Of a stretch of 64,000 bases of DNA, positions 48,251 through 57,837 are shown in pieces (within the stretch, counting starts at the first letter, position 1; every line of letters starts with the position of its first letter). The notes below the pieces were generated by a model, which did no database searches, was not told the DNA's origin, and saw only the letters and a program-made list of their open reading frames with translations. Both the position numbers and the translations under genes were made by a program. Source of the DNA: a virus (Duplodnaviria > Heunggongvirae > Uroviricota > Caudoviricetes); IMG/VR virus record IMGVR_UViG_3300026549_001501, positions 35,348 to 99,347 of that record. One strand, written 5' to 3'.

Positions 48251-48872
48251 TATGCAGAAAATAGTTATAGTATCTGCTCTTGACGAAGAAATTAAACTTG
48301 CCGAAGAGCTTAAGAATACCCTATTGAAAGCAAATTTCGAGGTATATCTTACTAAGTGTGGAATCGGTAAGGTTAATGCCGCGATAGCTACGTACAAGGC
48401 TATCAAGGAGTATGAACCTGATTATGTGATTTCGTTCGGATTGGCTGGCTGCCTGCGACAAAATTTCCTTAATATAGGTAACACTATAGTATTAGCGAAA
48501 CAGGCGTTTTATTGGGACGCTTGGTGCGGAGAACCGAATATTTGCGGACAGATACAGGGATTCCCGTTATTCTATCCTTGCGTTGACAATCAGGAAATTT
48601 CAGATGCTATTATCAACCACTTCTCTAAGGAGTATAACGTAGTGAAAGGCTTTTCCGTCGCAACTTCTGACAAGTTTGCAGATAAACCGTGGTATGAGGA
48701 AGATATTCTTGAAATAGATTACCTCGCAGGCGCTGTTGATATGGAGGCTGCTGCAGTCGCTCAGGTTTGCCACATGGAAAACACTGCGTTTATCGCATGC
48801 AAGATAATTTCAGATTATGTCGGGCAGGAAAATCAAATGGACGAATATCTGAAAATTAAACACAGCTTATGA
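48228..48872 (+). CDS. 5'-methylthioadenosine/S-adenosylhomocysteine nucleosidase (MTAN/Pfs-like)
   Basis: KIVIVSALDEE...GIGKVNAAIATYKAIKEYEPDYVISFGLAGCL and a C-terminal MEAAAVAQVC, consistent with the PNP/UDP phosphorylase fold of MTAN. Confidence 0.65.
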   Translation: MDIIRNTNMQKIVIVSALDEEIKLAEELKNTLLKANFEVYLTKCGIGKVNAAIATYKAIKEYEPDYVISFGLAGCLRQNFLNIGNTIVLAKQAFYWDAWCGEPNICGQIQGFPLFYPCVDNQEISDAIINHFSKEYNVVKGFSVATSDKFADKPWYEEDILEIDYLAGAVDMEAAAVAQVCHMENTAFIACKIISDYVGQENQMDEYLKIKHSL

Positions 48873-49180
48873 CAGTAATTCCTATTTTTATCTATCGGGA
48901 AAAGAAATCCGATAAGGAAATCAGAGAGGAAATGGAACGCGAACGCCGTTGGCAGGAGTTAATGAAGAAAGAGGAGGAAATGAAACGTCAACGGGAACGC
49001 GAGGAAAAGGAGCGCAAGCGCCAAGAGGAAGAGAACAGGAAGAAACGTATCAATGACGAATACGAAACTCTCAGAAGGAAGGACGAGTGGCAGACGCAGT
49101 TCCTACCGGAAGGATGGAGCATATTCGGACAGACAAATTTTGGTATATTAGAAGAATATTTTGAAGATGGTAACAATTAG
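48869..49180 (+). CDS. charged coiled-coil protein, 103 aa
   Basis: ERERRWQELMKKEEEMKRQREREEKERKRQEEENRKKR. Confidence 0.4.
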   Translation: MTVIPIFIYREKKSDKEIREEMERERRWQELMKKEEEMKRQREREEKERKRQEEENRKKRINDEYETLRRKDEWQTQFLPEGWSIFGQTNFGILEEYFEDGNN

Positions 49181-49884
49181 AATTGGCGCAGGGCGCACAA
49201 AATACGGAAAGATTCTTGACAGAGATACGGAATGGTACACTCTTGAACAAAAAGAACACGCTATCAATGCCGCAATCCGCACAGGAAAGAAGATATACAT
49301 ATCCGATAAGAGACAACCATACCAAGAAATAACGCTTGAAGAACTGAGAAACTTATGAAGCCGTACGGACGAAAGAAAAAGATTAACGGAAGCAGTCACG
49401 TTTTCGGTTCCCATTGGAAAAAAGACTATCACCTCCACGACAAGAACGGGAGGAAAGTCGAAAGCTGGTGGGAGGGAATCGCTTGCTACCTATCACGTTC
49501 GAAAATGAAGCAGGATATTATGCAACGCATAAGGGAAGAATATCCTCCCGAACAGTTCGAAAAGGACTATATGTCGAACGATTTCAATAAAGAAAAAGAG
49601 ACAGAAGAATAACCATTCCGGTATTTATATGAAAACGTCATCAGTATGGATGAAACTGTTTTCAAAAATGCCTTAACCGCAATTTCTGCGGGTTATTATA
49701 CGCAAAGCGACTTGGAAATTGTCAAGAAACGCCTTTCCATATTGTCTAAGAAAGAACTATCACTAAAGCGGGAAATGGAGAAAAAGACAAACGACTTTGT
49801 GAAGTCCAAACGTAAATCAAACTCCGAACTCAAGGAAGTCAGGAAAGATATTAAGGATATTAACAACATATTGAAGAAAATATA

Positions 49885-49912
49885 AAAGCCGCGATTTCTC
49901 GCGGCTTTTTTC
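49885..49912 (+). terminator. intrinsic terminator
   Basis: AAAAGCCGCGATTTCTCGCGGCTTTTTT. Confidence 0.6.
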
Positions 49913-50029
49913 GTTGCTTATATCTAACAAGGGTTTCCGGTAAATTCAAGTTCCTTACATTCTCCGCAAGTAGGGCAACAAGTATATTCAGAGTTACAGA
50001 AAACAGTTCCGCACACATTACAAATCAAT

Positions 50030-52072
50030 TTAGTCTGATGCGACAGCTATATCGGCGGCGCCGCAGACATTAACCAATGAGCCACAAAGCTCATTCCAAG
50101 TATGTGTGTATGTAGAGCCTGCGTTATCTGTGTTAAATGTTTCATATATCTCGCTGTAGCCACCTATTCCCCAACATTTGTTATATAACGTTTGGCAGAC
50201 TCCTTCTAATGACAAATCGTAATAATTAGAATTATTAGTGCTAATACCTATATATGATATATATGCAGATCCATAGTTAGAAGAGCCGTCTCCGTACATA
50301 AAATCAGCATCTGTAAGGTTGTATAAATTCCATGTATCTGATATTGCACCCGGTCCTGTTGAACAAGCCGTATAATCAGAATAGTAGACATTGCCTATAA
50401 CTCCAGTCTCCCATACGTCACCTTTTGCATCGTAAACCATCTTTGAGAAATCATAAACTAATGTTCTTGTACGTGATTTTCCTGAGTTATAGCTACTATT
50501 CTGATAAACTAGTTGTATCTTAAAATATAAATGCTGAAGTCTGTTTTGACTATCTAAAGGCATCGCATTTCCTAGTTCTGGATCAGCGGTGAATGACATC
50601 GTAACGCTGTCCCAGTCAAAATATATATAAGCGTCAAATCCGCAACCTACCGCCGCACAACCGTTTGACGTAATGAGAAAATCATATAATCCTGCCTGAA
50701 CAAATGCGGAATACGATATTGTTGAAGGAATTGGATATTCACTATCCCAGTCCTCATATGCTATACTATCACATGAAGAAGCGGCTGTTGGATACACAGT
50801 ATCATAAAATGTTGTAGGGAGATACCATACAGTGTCATATCCTGGAAGTGTTTCCCAATATGAAAATGGAACATAATCATGGTTTTCATCCTCTGTGTCA
50901 GGTATATCAAAAACAAGCCCAAATGGGTCATCAGCATAGTTTTCAATATTACTACGAGTAAGGTAAGTTCCATTTTCAGTTACTATCCTAAACGGAAAAT
51001 AATGCATTTGTACAGACGGATTTACTGTTATCTGAACCGTATTTCCGGTTCCCGGATAACTACTGAAACCATAATTGCTACCATAATACCAATCCGTTAC
51101 AGAAGGTGTTATAGTAACAGTTCCCTGCGTAGTAGTACTAGGCGCCGTATAAGTAAACGTAACTGTTGCATACGATGGCGAGCTCTGATTAGTTGTTCTA
51201 CTAATCGTTATTCCCGTCGCCTCAACATAACTTGTTGATGAAGAACCGCCCCAAGCAATTGTGCCTGCATTTCCAGAGAAGCCGCTTCCGGATAATGTAA
51301 GCCTTACCTTAACTTTTTGAAGGCTGTACGTACCACCAGAGGCGCTTGTCTTTCCGTCGTTCCTGTTATACACTTTACAAGTAAGAGTAACCGTCGCTCC
51401 ACTGTTCACGTTTCCGCTACCGGTTCTCGTCATCTCGACATACGGGCGCATTAGTATAGGACGTCCAAGGGGACCGCTTGTATCATAATACGGTACCGGC
51501 ATTGCTTCAAGATTCTTTCCTAAATCAGTATTTCCAGAAGAAATTAATGTGCCATTTGTACCACCCTGACCACTAAAAACAACTGTAGGAACATTGGCTA
51601 AGTCCGTACCCCAAATAATTTCAGGCGATGGAACAGTGATGTTAATAGTGGTATTTGTTGTACTTGAATTTGCCGCAATATTTGATGTCGCCGGAATTGT
51701 AAAATCAAAGGTAGGTGGAATACTTGTGAATACAAAAGCTGCGCCAATCACCGCAGAATTAAGTTTATAATTGAACGGATTGTATATCTTTCTAACAATA
51801 CTCGCGCTTTGTCCTGCAACCCAGAACGTAGCAGAACCGGTTGGTGTTAGTTGAACCTTGTATGAACACGAGCCTAAATCAGTAAATAAAAGGTACCTAT
51901 TATCTTCCTTAGAAGGATCATTAAACCATAATGCGCCATTATTGTTGTTGACGTCTTCAACAGGCGCAATAGTTGTATATGCATCCTCTTGCGTTATACA
52001 TTGATTCATAGCCTTCCCGTACACGTTTTCTCCGCCTATTGGCTGTTGGTAAAATAATTTAGTTGTCGCCAT
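50030..52072 (-). CDS. tail fibre / receptor-binding-like structural protein, 680 aa
   Basis: Long Thr/Ser/Gly/Asn-rich beta-rich sequence with short repeats, typical of phage fibre or spike proteins. No enzymatic motif. Confidence 0.5.
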   Translation of the reverse strand: MATTKLFYQQPIGGENVYGKAMNQCITQEDAYTTIAPVEDVNNNNGALWFNDPSKEDNRYLLFTDLGSCSYKVQLTPTGSATFWVAGQSASIVRKIYNPFNYKLNSAVIGAAFVFTSIPPTFDFTIPATSNIAANSSTTNTTINITVPSPEIIWGTDLANVPTVVFSGQGGTNGTLISSGNTDLGKNLEAMPVPYYDTSGPLGRPILMRPYVEMTRTGSGNVNSGATVTLTCKVYNRNDGKTSASGGTYSLQKVKVRLTLSGSGFSGNAGTIAWGGSSSTSYVEATGITISRTTNQSSPSYATVTFTYTAPSTTTQGTVTITPSVTDWYYGSNYGFSSYPGTGNTVQITVNPSVQMHYFPFRIVTENGTYLTRSNIENYADDPFGLVFDIPDTEDENHDYVPFSYWETLPGYDTVWYLPTTFYDTVYPTAASSCDSIAYEDWDSEYPIPSTISYSAFVQAGLYDFLITSNGCAAVGCGFDAYIYFDWDSVTMSFTADPELGNAMPLDSQNRLQHLYFKIQLVYQNSSYNSGKSRTRTLVYDFSKMVYDAKGDVWETGVIGNVYYSDYTACSTGPGAISDTWNLYNLTDADFMYGDGSSNYGSAYISYIGISTNNSNYYDLSLEGVCQTLYNKCWGIGGYSEIYETFNTDNAGSTYTHTWNELCGSLVNVCGAADIAVASD

Positions 52073-52080
52073 GTTCTAAA

Positions 52081-52353
52081 TTATTCTATTACAGCAATTA
52101 TCTTTTGAGAAAAATCAGAAAGAGCAGATATGTCATTGAGGTCGTTCATTATAAGGTTAAGTTGGCTCCTTAACTGCTTGAACGTTATTCCAATCTGTCC
52201 GACGAATCTCTTGCTTTCATCTTCCCGTGTCTCATAGGCAGCCCCGGCGACGTTTTTTACTTCGCCGTCCTCTTTTGTCAATTTTCCTACGAAACTATAA
52301 TTTCCGTTTTCGTACACGAAATTCTCTATAGTTGTATTGTTAATGTCGCCCAT
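52081..52353 (-). CDS. small protein, paralog of 52384..52689
   Basis: ENFVYENGNYSFVGKLTKEDG in this protein aligns with EKFVYQSDIYYFKGYLTRYPNG in the neighbour. Confidence 0.45.
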   Translation of the reverse strand: MGDINNTTIENFVYENGNYSFVGKLTKEDGEVKNVAGAAYETREDESKRFVGQIGITFKQLRSQLNLIMNDLNDISALSDFSQKIIAVIE

Positions 52354-52383
52354 AATAATAAAGATAATAAGTTTGTTTATATT

Positions 52384-52689
52384 TTACTTCACAACAGAGG
52401 TAATCTTCTGTGCGAGTTCAAACATATATTTGAAGTCATCAGACTTCTCAAGAACGATATTGGATGAAGGATGCCCGTTCATTACATAATAGATAAGGAT
52501 TGAACCCATACGTACCTTCTCCTCTCCTTCGCCAAATTTAAATCCGTTTCCGCGAAGGCTTATAATCTTTCCGTTCGGGTACCTCGTCAAATAACCCTTG
52601 AAATAATATATATCGCTTTGATATACAAATTTCTCAGTAGTAATTCCAGACTCTTCTTGTACCACAGTGCTACCAGTGATTTCTTCCAT
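52384..52689 (-). CDS. small protein, paralog of 52081..52353
   Basis: See the paralog above. Confidence 0.45.
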   Translation of the reverse strand: MEEITGSTVVQEESGITTEKFVYQSDIYYFKGYLTRYPNGKIISLRGNGFKFGEGEEKVRMGSILIYYVMNGHPSSNIVLEKSDDFKYMFELAQKITSVVK

Positions 52690-52929
52690 AATTCTAACAA
52701 TTTACAGCAATAATATGTCACTATAAATACAATCTTAATGAGTAAATGTTGATACTTTTTTCCAAAATGGTATATTTATAATCGTATATGAAATTTTTCT
52801 ACAACATAGAGCAACAAGAAGAACAGTTAGTGAGGAGAAGCAGTTCGCCCCATTGCATTCTCGTATGATCAAAATTTTGGCATAATTAAAAATTGGGGCG
52901 ATTTCTTTGGAAATCGTCTTTTTTTTAAG

Positions 52930-52940
52930 TATATTTGCAA
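52930..52940 (+). promoter_or_regulatory. TATATTTG -7 promoter box immediately upstream of the plus-strand tRNA cluster
   Basis: TATATTTGCAAG lies 13 nt upstream of the tRNA-Glu 5' end. An intrinsic terminator (52897..52927) precedes it. Confidence 0.45.
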
Positions 52941-52951
52941 GAGAATTATTC

Positions 52952-53023
52952 CGCGCTGTCTACTAATGGCTAGGTAGCGGCTCTCTCACAGCCGAAATCG
53001 GAGTTCGAATCTCCGCAGCGCGA
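52952..53023 (+). tRNA. tRNA-Glu(CTC)
   Basis: Acceptor CGCGCTG/CAGCGCG, anticodon stem CGGCT/AGCCG, loop CTCTCAC, T-arm CGGAG-TTCGAAT-CTCCG. Confidence 0.7.
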
Positions 53024-53031
53024 CAAATCTT

Positions 53032-53100
53032 GGGGTGTAGTACAGAGGTAGTATGTCAGATTCTGGCTCTGAAGACTCGGGTCCGATTCCTGACACCCCA
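53032..53100 (+). tRNA. tRNA-Gln(CTG), short (69 nt) with 3-bp D stem
   Basis: Acceptor GGGGTGT/ACACCCC, anticodon stem TCAGA/TCTGA, loop TTCTGGC, T-loop TCCGATT. Confidence 0.55.
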
Positions 53101-53116
53101 ACTTAAAATAGAGTAA

Positions 53117-53192
53117 CGTGCCGTCGTCTAATTGGCTAGGACATCGCCCTTTCACGGCGAAGATTTTACGGGTTCGAGTCCCGTCGGCACGA
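53117..53192 (+). tRNA. tRNA-Glu(TTC)
   Basis: Acceptor CGTGCCG/CGGCACG, anticodon stem TCGCC/GGCGA, loop CTTTCAC, T-arm ACGGG-TTCGAGT-CCCGT. Confidence 0.7.
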
Positions 53193-53273
53193 CAACATTT
53201 TCTTTGAAATAATTTATGAAAGTTCGACTTATTTAGCCGCTACTAAATATTTATAGTATATAACAGATTTGAA

Positions 53274-54113
53274 ATGGGTTATAAATGTAAATATTGCGGA
53301 AAGGTTTTTGAAAATAGAAGGGCGTTAGCTGGTCATGTAAGCCACTGTGCTTGTAACGATAATAAAAAGCGAAATATTGCCACTTATAAGAGTGTTTCCC
53401 AACAAAGTAGACGCACTTATATTGAAAAACACCCTGAAAAATATGTGAAAAACGCACATATATTTCATTGTAAAAAATGTAATAAAGAATATACTTTAAA
53501 CTTGACGGATGAAGAGTTTAAAAAAGGAAAATATACCAAATATTGTTCTTTGTCGTGTAGAAATGGGCACAAGGTAAGTGCTGAAACAAAAAAGAAGATA
53601 TCTGAATCGTTGGTGAGAAATGGAAACCATTACATCGCGCCAAACAAAATATATAAATGTAAATATTGTGGAAAGGAATTTACAATAAAAGATGACGGAG
53701 TAAAGGGAAGAAATTTTTGCTCAGATACGTGTCGCGAGAAATGTATGGAAGAAGAGGTATATGCTAAAAACCAACACGGCAAAGGCAAAAGCGGGTGGTA
53801 TAAAGGAATTCATTGTGATAGCTCTTGGGAATTAGCTTTTGTTCTATACCATATGGACAATGATATTCCAATACAGCGTTGTAAAGAAAGAAGAACATAT
53901 ATTTTTGAAGGCAAAACATATAAATATTATCCCGATTTTTGTATAGGCAAAGAGATTATTGAAATAAAAGTGTATAAGAATAAGAAATGGTTTGCTAAAG
54001 AACAGCAAAATAAGGACATAAAAGTTTTAAATCTGAAAGAGATTACACCATATTTAAAATATGCGATAAACAAATACGGAAAAGATTTTACGAAATTATA
54101 CGAGAAAAAATAA
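53274..54113 (+). CDS. homing-endonuclease-like protein: C2H2/CxxC zinc fingers plus C-terminal PD-(D/E)xK (Vsr/DUF559-like) domain
   Basis: CKYCGKVF...HVSHC, CSLSCRNGH and CSDTCREKC modules. The C-terminus is YYPDFCIGKEIIEIKVYKNKKW. It sits inside the second tRNA cluster. Confidence 0.5.
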   Translation: MGYKCKYCGKVFENRRALAGHVSHCACNDNKKRNIATYKSVSQQSRRTYIEKHPEKYVKNAHIFHCKKCNKEYTLNLTDEEFKKGKYTKYCSLSCRNGHKVSAETKKKISESLVRNGNHYIAPNKIYKCKYCGKEFTIKDDGVKGRNFCSDTCREKCMEEEVYAKNQHGKGKSGWYKGIHCDSSWELAFVLYHMDNDIPIQRCKERRTYIFEGKTYKYYPDFCIGKEIIEIKVYKNKKWFAKEQQNKDIKVLNLKEITPYLKYAINKYGKDFTKLYEKK

Positions 54114-54146
54114 TAAACTTCAATAAAATTTTTAAAATTAAACATT

Positions 54147-54647
54147 ATGAAGAAATTTATGATTCTTTTGATGGCTATCGCTATGTTGGCAATGACATCA
54201 TGCAAAGACAAACTCGGCGTTGTTTATAACGTCGCGATTGATGGAAATGCTTCCGGCGATGTAGTTGTTACATTCCCTAACGGAGATTTGGAACTTAACG
54301 GCGATACTGCCCTTCTCTTCCACTACTCCAATGAAACTGATACAACCCCTGTTGTTGAGGTTGTTGATCCAAATGTGGTAACAGACACCACTTCCGTTCT
54401 TGCCGACAGCACTGCTGTTGCTGAGCTTGCTGATGGTGAGCTCCTTCTTGGCGCAGCACTTACATCTGAGGACAAGGACGTGAGGACATTCGCAACGGCT
54501 GTCAACGATGGCTTCTCTGTAAGCCTCAAGGATGCAAAGGCAGGCGGTTCCTATCATGTGCATATTTACGGTTATGCTAAGGAGCCTAATACTGGCATTA
54601 CTATTGTGATCGACAAGTCATTCGATTATCCAGAAGTGACGGAGTAA
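54147..54647 (+). CDS. lipoprotein, 166 aa
   Basis: MKKFMILLMAIAMLAMTSCKD lipobox. Thr/Val/Asp-rich. Confidence 0.5.
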   Translation: MKKFMILLMAIAMLAMTSCKDKLGVVYNVAIDGNASGDVVVTFPNGDLELNGDTALLFHYSNETDTTPVVEVVDPNVVTDTTSVLADSTAVAELADGELLLGAALTSEDKDVRTFATAVNDGFSVSLKDAKAGGSYHVHIYGYAKEPNTGITIVIDKSFDYPEVTE

Positions 54648-54792
54648 TTTTTTTCGCAAAAATCAGCCGTTTTTTGGAAATTTCAAATAAAATGGCTATA
54701 TTTGCAAACGAAAGGCTGATTGGTAGGATAGCCATAGCGCGAACAGCGTGAGCACGACGGTGCGGTGTTCGAGTCACAATATCAGCCCAAAA

Positions 54793-54867
54793 GGGCCCGT
54801 AGCTCAATTGGTTAGCAGCAACTGACTCATAATCAGTAGGTTATAGGTTCAAGTCCTATCGGGCCCA
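54793..54867 (+). tRNA. tRNA with CAT anticodon (elongator Met or lysidine-type Ile2)
   Basis: Acceptor GGGCCCG/CGGGCCC, anticodon stem ACTGA/TCAGT, loop CTCATAA. Confidence 0.7.
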
Positions 54868-54892
54868 CAAAAATAAGTTCATTGAAAATATT

Positions 54893-55576
54893 GCCATGGT
54901 GGCGGAAAGGTAGACGCGAGGGACTTTAACGGTAGACGAACTTACACTGATAACTTACACTTGGGGATTACAGACTGAGACACCCTGTATACGGGTAAGC
55001 GTTCGCCTATAATTTGAGTGCACCAAGGGAAACCTTGGATGTAGAACCTCCCTAATTCGGTGAAAGCTATAGTTTGGATTTACAGGAATATATCGGATAA
55101 TCGTCTAAATTAGTTGGTGCATTGCCAACAGTAGTACATAGTTAACTGAATTTCAGTAATGATAGCAGTCGTTTAGAATCTATGTGTAAGAAGACAGTCC
55201 AAATATGCTAATACCGAGCCAATGTCACTAATAGAACAGTTCCTAAGAAGTGAACTTAATTGAAACGTTTATCGTTAATGTAATCTATTAGACAGTGTGT
55301 AGAGACGAGATACAGGAGGAACCTAAGTTGAAATGAATTGTTGATGTGGAAGGATATTAACAAGCATTCGCAAAATGCTTCGTTACATCTATAATGTTCA
55401 ACAATTTTACTTGCGCAAGATTTCAATATGGTTAAGATACAGTCCAGACCACAAACAAATAAATAAAAGTGAAAGTGAACGCTAATAGGCGTATGTTATT
55501 TGGTAACGAAAGTTATAGTGGTATGAAAATCCCTTGGGCCGAAGGGCCCGTGTGGGTTCGAGTCCCACCCGTGGCA
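54893..55576 (+). tRNA. tRNA-Leu(TAA) interrupted by a 599-nt ORF-less group I intron (54927..55525) between U34 and A35
   Basis: Exon 1 is GCCATGG-TG-GCGGAAAGGTAGACGC-G-AGGGA-CTT. Exon 2 is AAAA-TCCCT, a long variable arm, GTGGGTTCGAGTCCCAC and CCGTGGC-A. The intron contains AATACCGAGCCAATGT and GACAGTGTGTAGAGAC, the same motifs as the Ser(TGA) intron. It ends in G, and the 5' exon ends in U. Confidence 0.7.
54927..55525 (+). other. group I intron (no ORF of 60 aa or more) in tRNA-Leu(TAA) at the canonical U34/A35 position
   Basis: See the tRNA entry above. The insertion site is the same as the ancient cyanobacterial and plastid tRNA-Leu(UAA) intron. Confidence 0.6.
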
Positions 55577-55585
55577 CATGGTAAT

Positions 55586-55659
55586 TGAAGCGTAGCGCAA
55601 TTTGGCAGAGCATCAGATTTTGGTTCTGAGGGTTGCCCGTTCGAGCCGGGCCGCTTCAA
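55586..55659 (+). tRNA. tRNA-Gln(TTG)
   Basis: The acceptor TGAAGCG/CGCTTCA begins with U1-A72. Anticodon stem TCAGA/TCTGA (the same stem as Gln(CTG)), loop TTTTGGT. T-arm GCCCG-TTCGAGC-CGGGC. Confidence 0.6.
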
Positions 55660-56432
55660 CAAAAAAATCCAAAAGCGTCTGCACAATGTTAGTAGGTGGC
55701 GTTGGACAATATCGAAATGGAAAGCCGTGCAGGGTAAGTAAAGAGTAGAGACGATACTTCGAAAAATCGTATTGGTGTAGCGGTAGCACGGCCCCCGTGA
55801 AGGGGGTAGGCAGTGGGTTCGAATCCCCTATCACGAACTAATGAATTCTTTGAAACAGGATTAAACCTCACCTTTTATTGTAGGGACGGGAATTAAGGTA
55901 CTAAACTCAATCATAAGATAAGGAGTGTTAATCCAAAGTACCGTACTTTAGATTCGTGGGCAGGTTGGCTAGTATAGTAAACCACGATGCAATAAGTTTC
56001 AGGTTTCAATCAATTTCATCGTTTTGGAAGGGTATCGTAAACCTTTTCCGCATCAAGGCAAGCGATGCGTTACTGACCGTATTGGAATGCCCCATAAGGT
56101 AGGAGGGGTTTTTCGGGATTGAAACCCGACATTCTGAAATCGGAGGAGTCGATTGCACAGGTTTGCAGAATTAGCGTATGGTGATGCGAACCCACTCGGG
56201 GCCCTATGAGTGAGACCGTAATGCAGTTTATCGGTAGGAGTAGGGAGACATGCGTGAGAGAACAGCCGAAGGCGCTTGGGGATGGCGTTAGTCCTAAGGG
56301 TTGCCAAGAGTAAGCTTAGTATCAAGAGGGAACTTGCAAGAGTTACTGTGACTTGGGGGCGTTTGTCCGCCTTTGTGCAAGGGAAGTTATTTACGCCAAT
56401 GATGGAAGATAGTGATTATATGACTATGAGCC

Positions 56433-56789
56433 GTGGGGCGCCATCACGCCCACGACAGAACGGCTCAACTGACAAAAATTTTAAAACAACATATGTTCAA
56501 TTTATTCAAGAAGAAGCCGGAGAAAATGCCCGTTATTAAAAATGACGAGTATCCTCCTGACGATAAATTGACTATAACCAAGCCAATGACTATAGTGCTT
56601 GACGAGATTGAGGCTTGGAGATTTGACGACTTCAAGGAGAGGCACCTGAAATGCGTAAGAGGTAAATTTGGCGCGATTGGCGGTGGAATTTCCATAAATG
56701 TCAGGGGCACGGGGCTTGGAAATATCTTTCAATGCAAATGTCACGGATGCGGGGCGGAAGAGGATATTACGAACGTTGACAATTGGTAG
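56433..56789 (+). CDS. hypothetical protein (start uncertain)
   Basis: ORF. The 5' part overlaps the structured non-coding region, so the true start may be the MFNLFKKK Met. Confidence 0.3.
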   Translation: MGRHHAHDRTAQLTKILKQHMFNLFKKKPEKMPVIKNDEYPPDDKLTITKPMTIVLDEIEAWRFDDFKERHLKCVRGKFGAIGGGISINVRGTGLGNIFQCKCHGCGAEEDITNVDNW

Positions 56790-56834
56790 TTGTTCACTAA
56801 ATTACCATTGTTCACAAATAACGAACAGACACAT

Positions 56835-56953
56835 ACAACTGAACATTGGCTTACGGGTAGCTCCCGTCGCTGCGCCGTTAGATTCGGATCCATAAGGAAA
56901 CAGCTTAAAGTACTTATGCTTGTAGGGCTTCAGGTTCGACGCCTGGCGGTTGT
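56835..56953 (+). ncRNA. tRNA-like structured RNA element, copy 2 of 2 (homolog of 11174..11295)
   Basis: Closing helix ACAACTG/CGGTTGT and hairpin TCAGG-TTCGACG-CCTGG. Both helices differ from copy 1 by compensatory changes. Confidence 0.45.
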
Positions 56954-56996
56954 ACAAAAACATAACACATCCTTTTATAACTTTATTGCAATTTTT

Positions 56997-57038
56997 GGGA
57001 ACAGTCTTAGTGGAATAGTGAGCTGTTCCCATTTTTTG
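56997..57038 (+). terminator. intrinsic terminator
   Basis: GGGAACAG-(18 nt)-CTGTTCCC followed by ATTTTTTG. Confidence 0.5.
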
Positions 57039-57070
57039 TATAATAGGGAAATTTTCATTATATTTGCAGT

Positions 57071-57403
57071 ATGAAAGCAACATTTATCACCTTATTATCA
57101 GTTATTTTGGCTCTCTGCGTTTTCGTATCGTGCGCAGAAAGATTAGACAGCGGGTACGCGATCCGTAAGGTATATACTCCAGCCCGCGTTATTTATCAAC
57201 CGGTATACAATGGAAAGACTATTATGCTTATTCCGTTATCTCATCCTGAAACGCGCAAAATCGTATTTGGAAAAGATGGTAGGAAAAGATGCGTAGGTGT
57301 AAAGAAGGAGATGTTCGACAAGGCTGAAATAGGTGATTCTGTTTATGTTCACAATAACGAGATTAAAATATTCAGACGCATATGCAACGAAGAAACTTTC
57401 TAA
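57071..57403 (+). CDS. secreted hypothetical protein, 110 aa
   Basis: Signal peptide. Preceded by a TATATTTGCAG box. Confidence 0.45.
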   Translation: MKATFITLLSVILALCVFVSCAERLDSGYAIRKVYTPARVIYQPVYNGKTIMLIPLSHPETRKIVFGKDGRKRCVGVKKEMFDKAEIGDSVYVHNNEIKIFRRICNEETF

Positions 57404-57837
57404 AGAACCTGTTTGGGTTCAGTGCGCTCGCGGCAGCCACTATGGTTGGAGCAAAGCCGTTGAAGGACGATGATACGTTTACGATTGACGACATTGCCAT
57501 TCAATGTACGGGAAATAAGGGCCTGTTCTATATTAAACAGGATTGCTGGCTTAATAAGGAACTTAATGAGATAATGGGAGAGCGGGTTGTTGATAAAAAG
57601 TATTTTAGCTATTACGACCCTCATCGCGATATCCTTATCCCCGTGAAAGATAAGTACACAAAGGAAGATTTTAAAGGTGTTCTTCTGTGGGCTAAATCGT
57701 TGTATCCGTTCAACTACTACTGCAATGGAACAGGTAATGGCGGTATTGAGACGGGGCTTTGCAGGTTTATCAGAGATAATCGTCACGGAATGTATGAAGT
57801 AGAATTTTTCTCTGCAAGAAATCCAAATACATATTAG
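57382..57837 (+). CDS. hypothetical protein with Tat-like signal (RRNFLK), 151 aa
   Basis: MQRRNFLKNLFGFSALAAATMVGA. Confidence 0.45.
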   Translation: MQRRNFLKNLFGFSALAAATMVGAKPLKDDDTFTIDDIAIQCTGNKGLFYIKQDCWLNKELNEIMGERVVDKKYFSYYDPHRDILIPVKDKYTKEDFKGVLLWAKSLYPFNYYCNGTGNGGIETGLCRFIRDNRHGMYEVEFFSARNPNTY

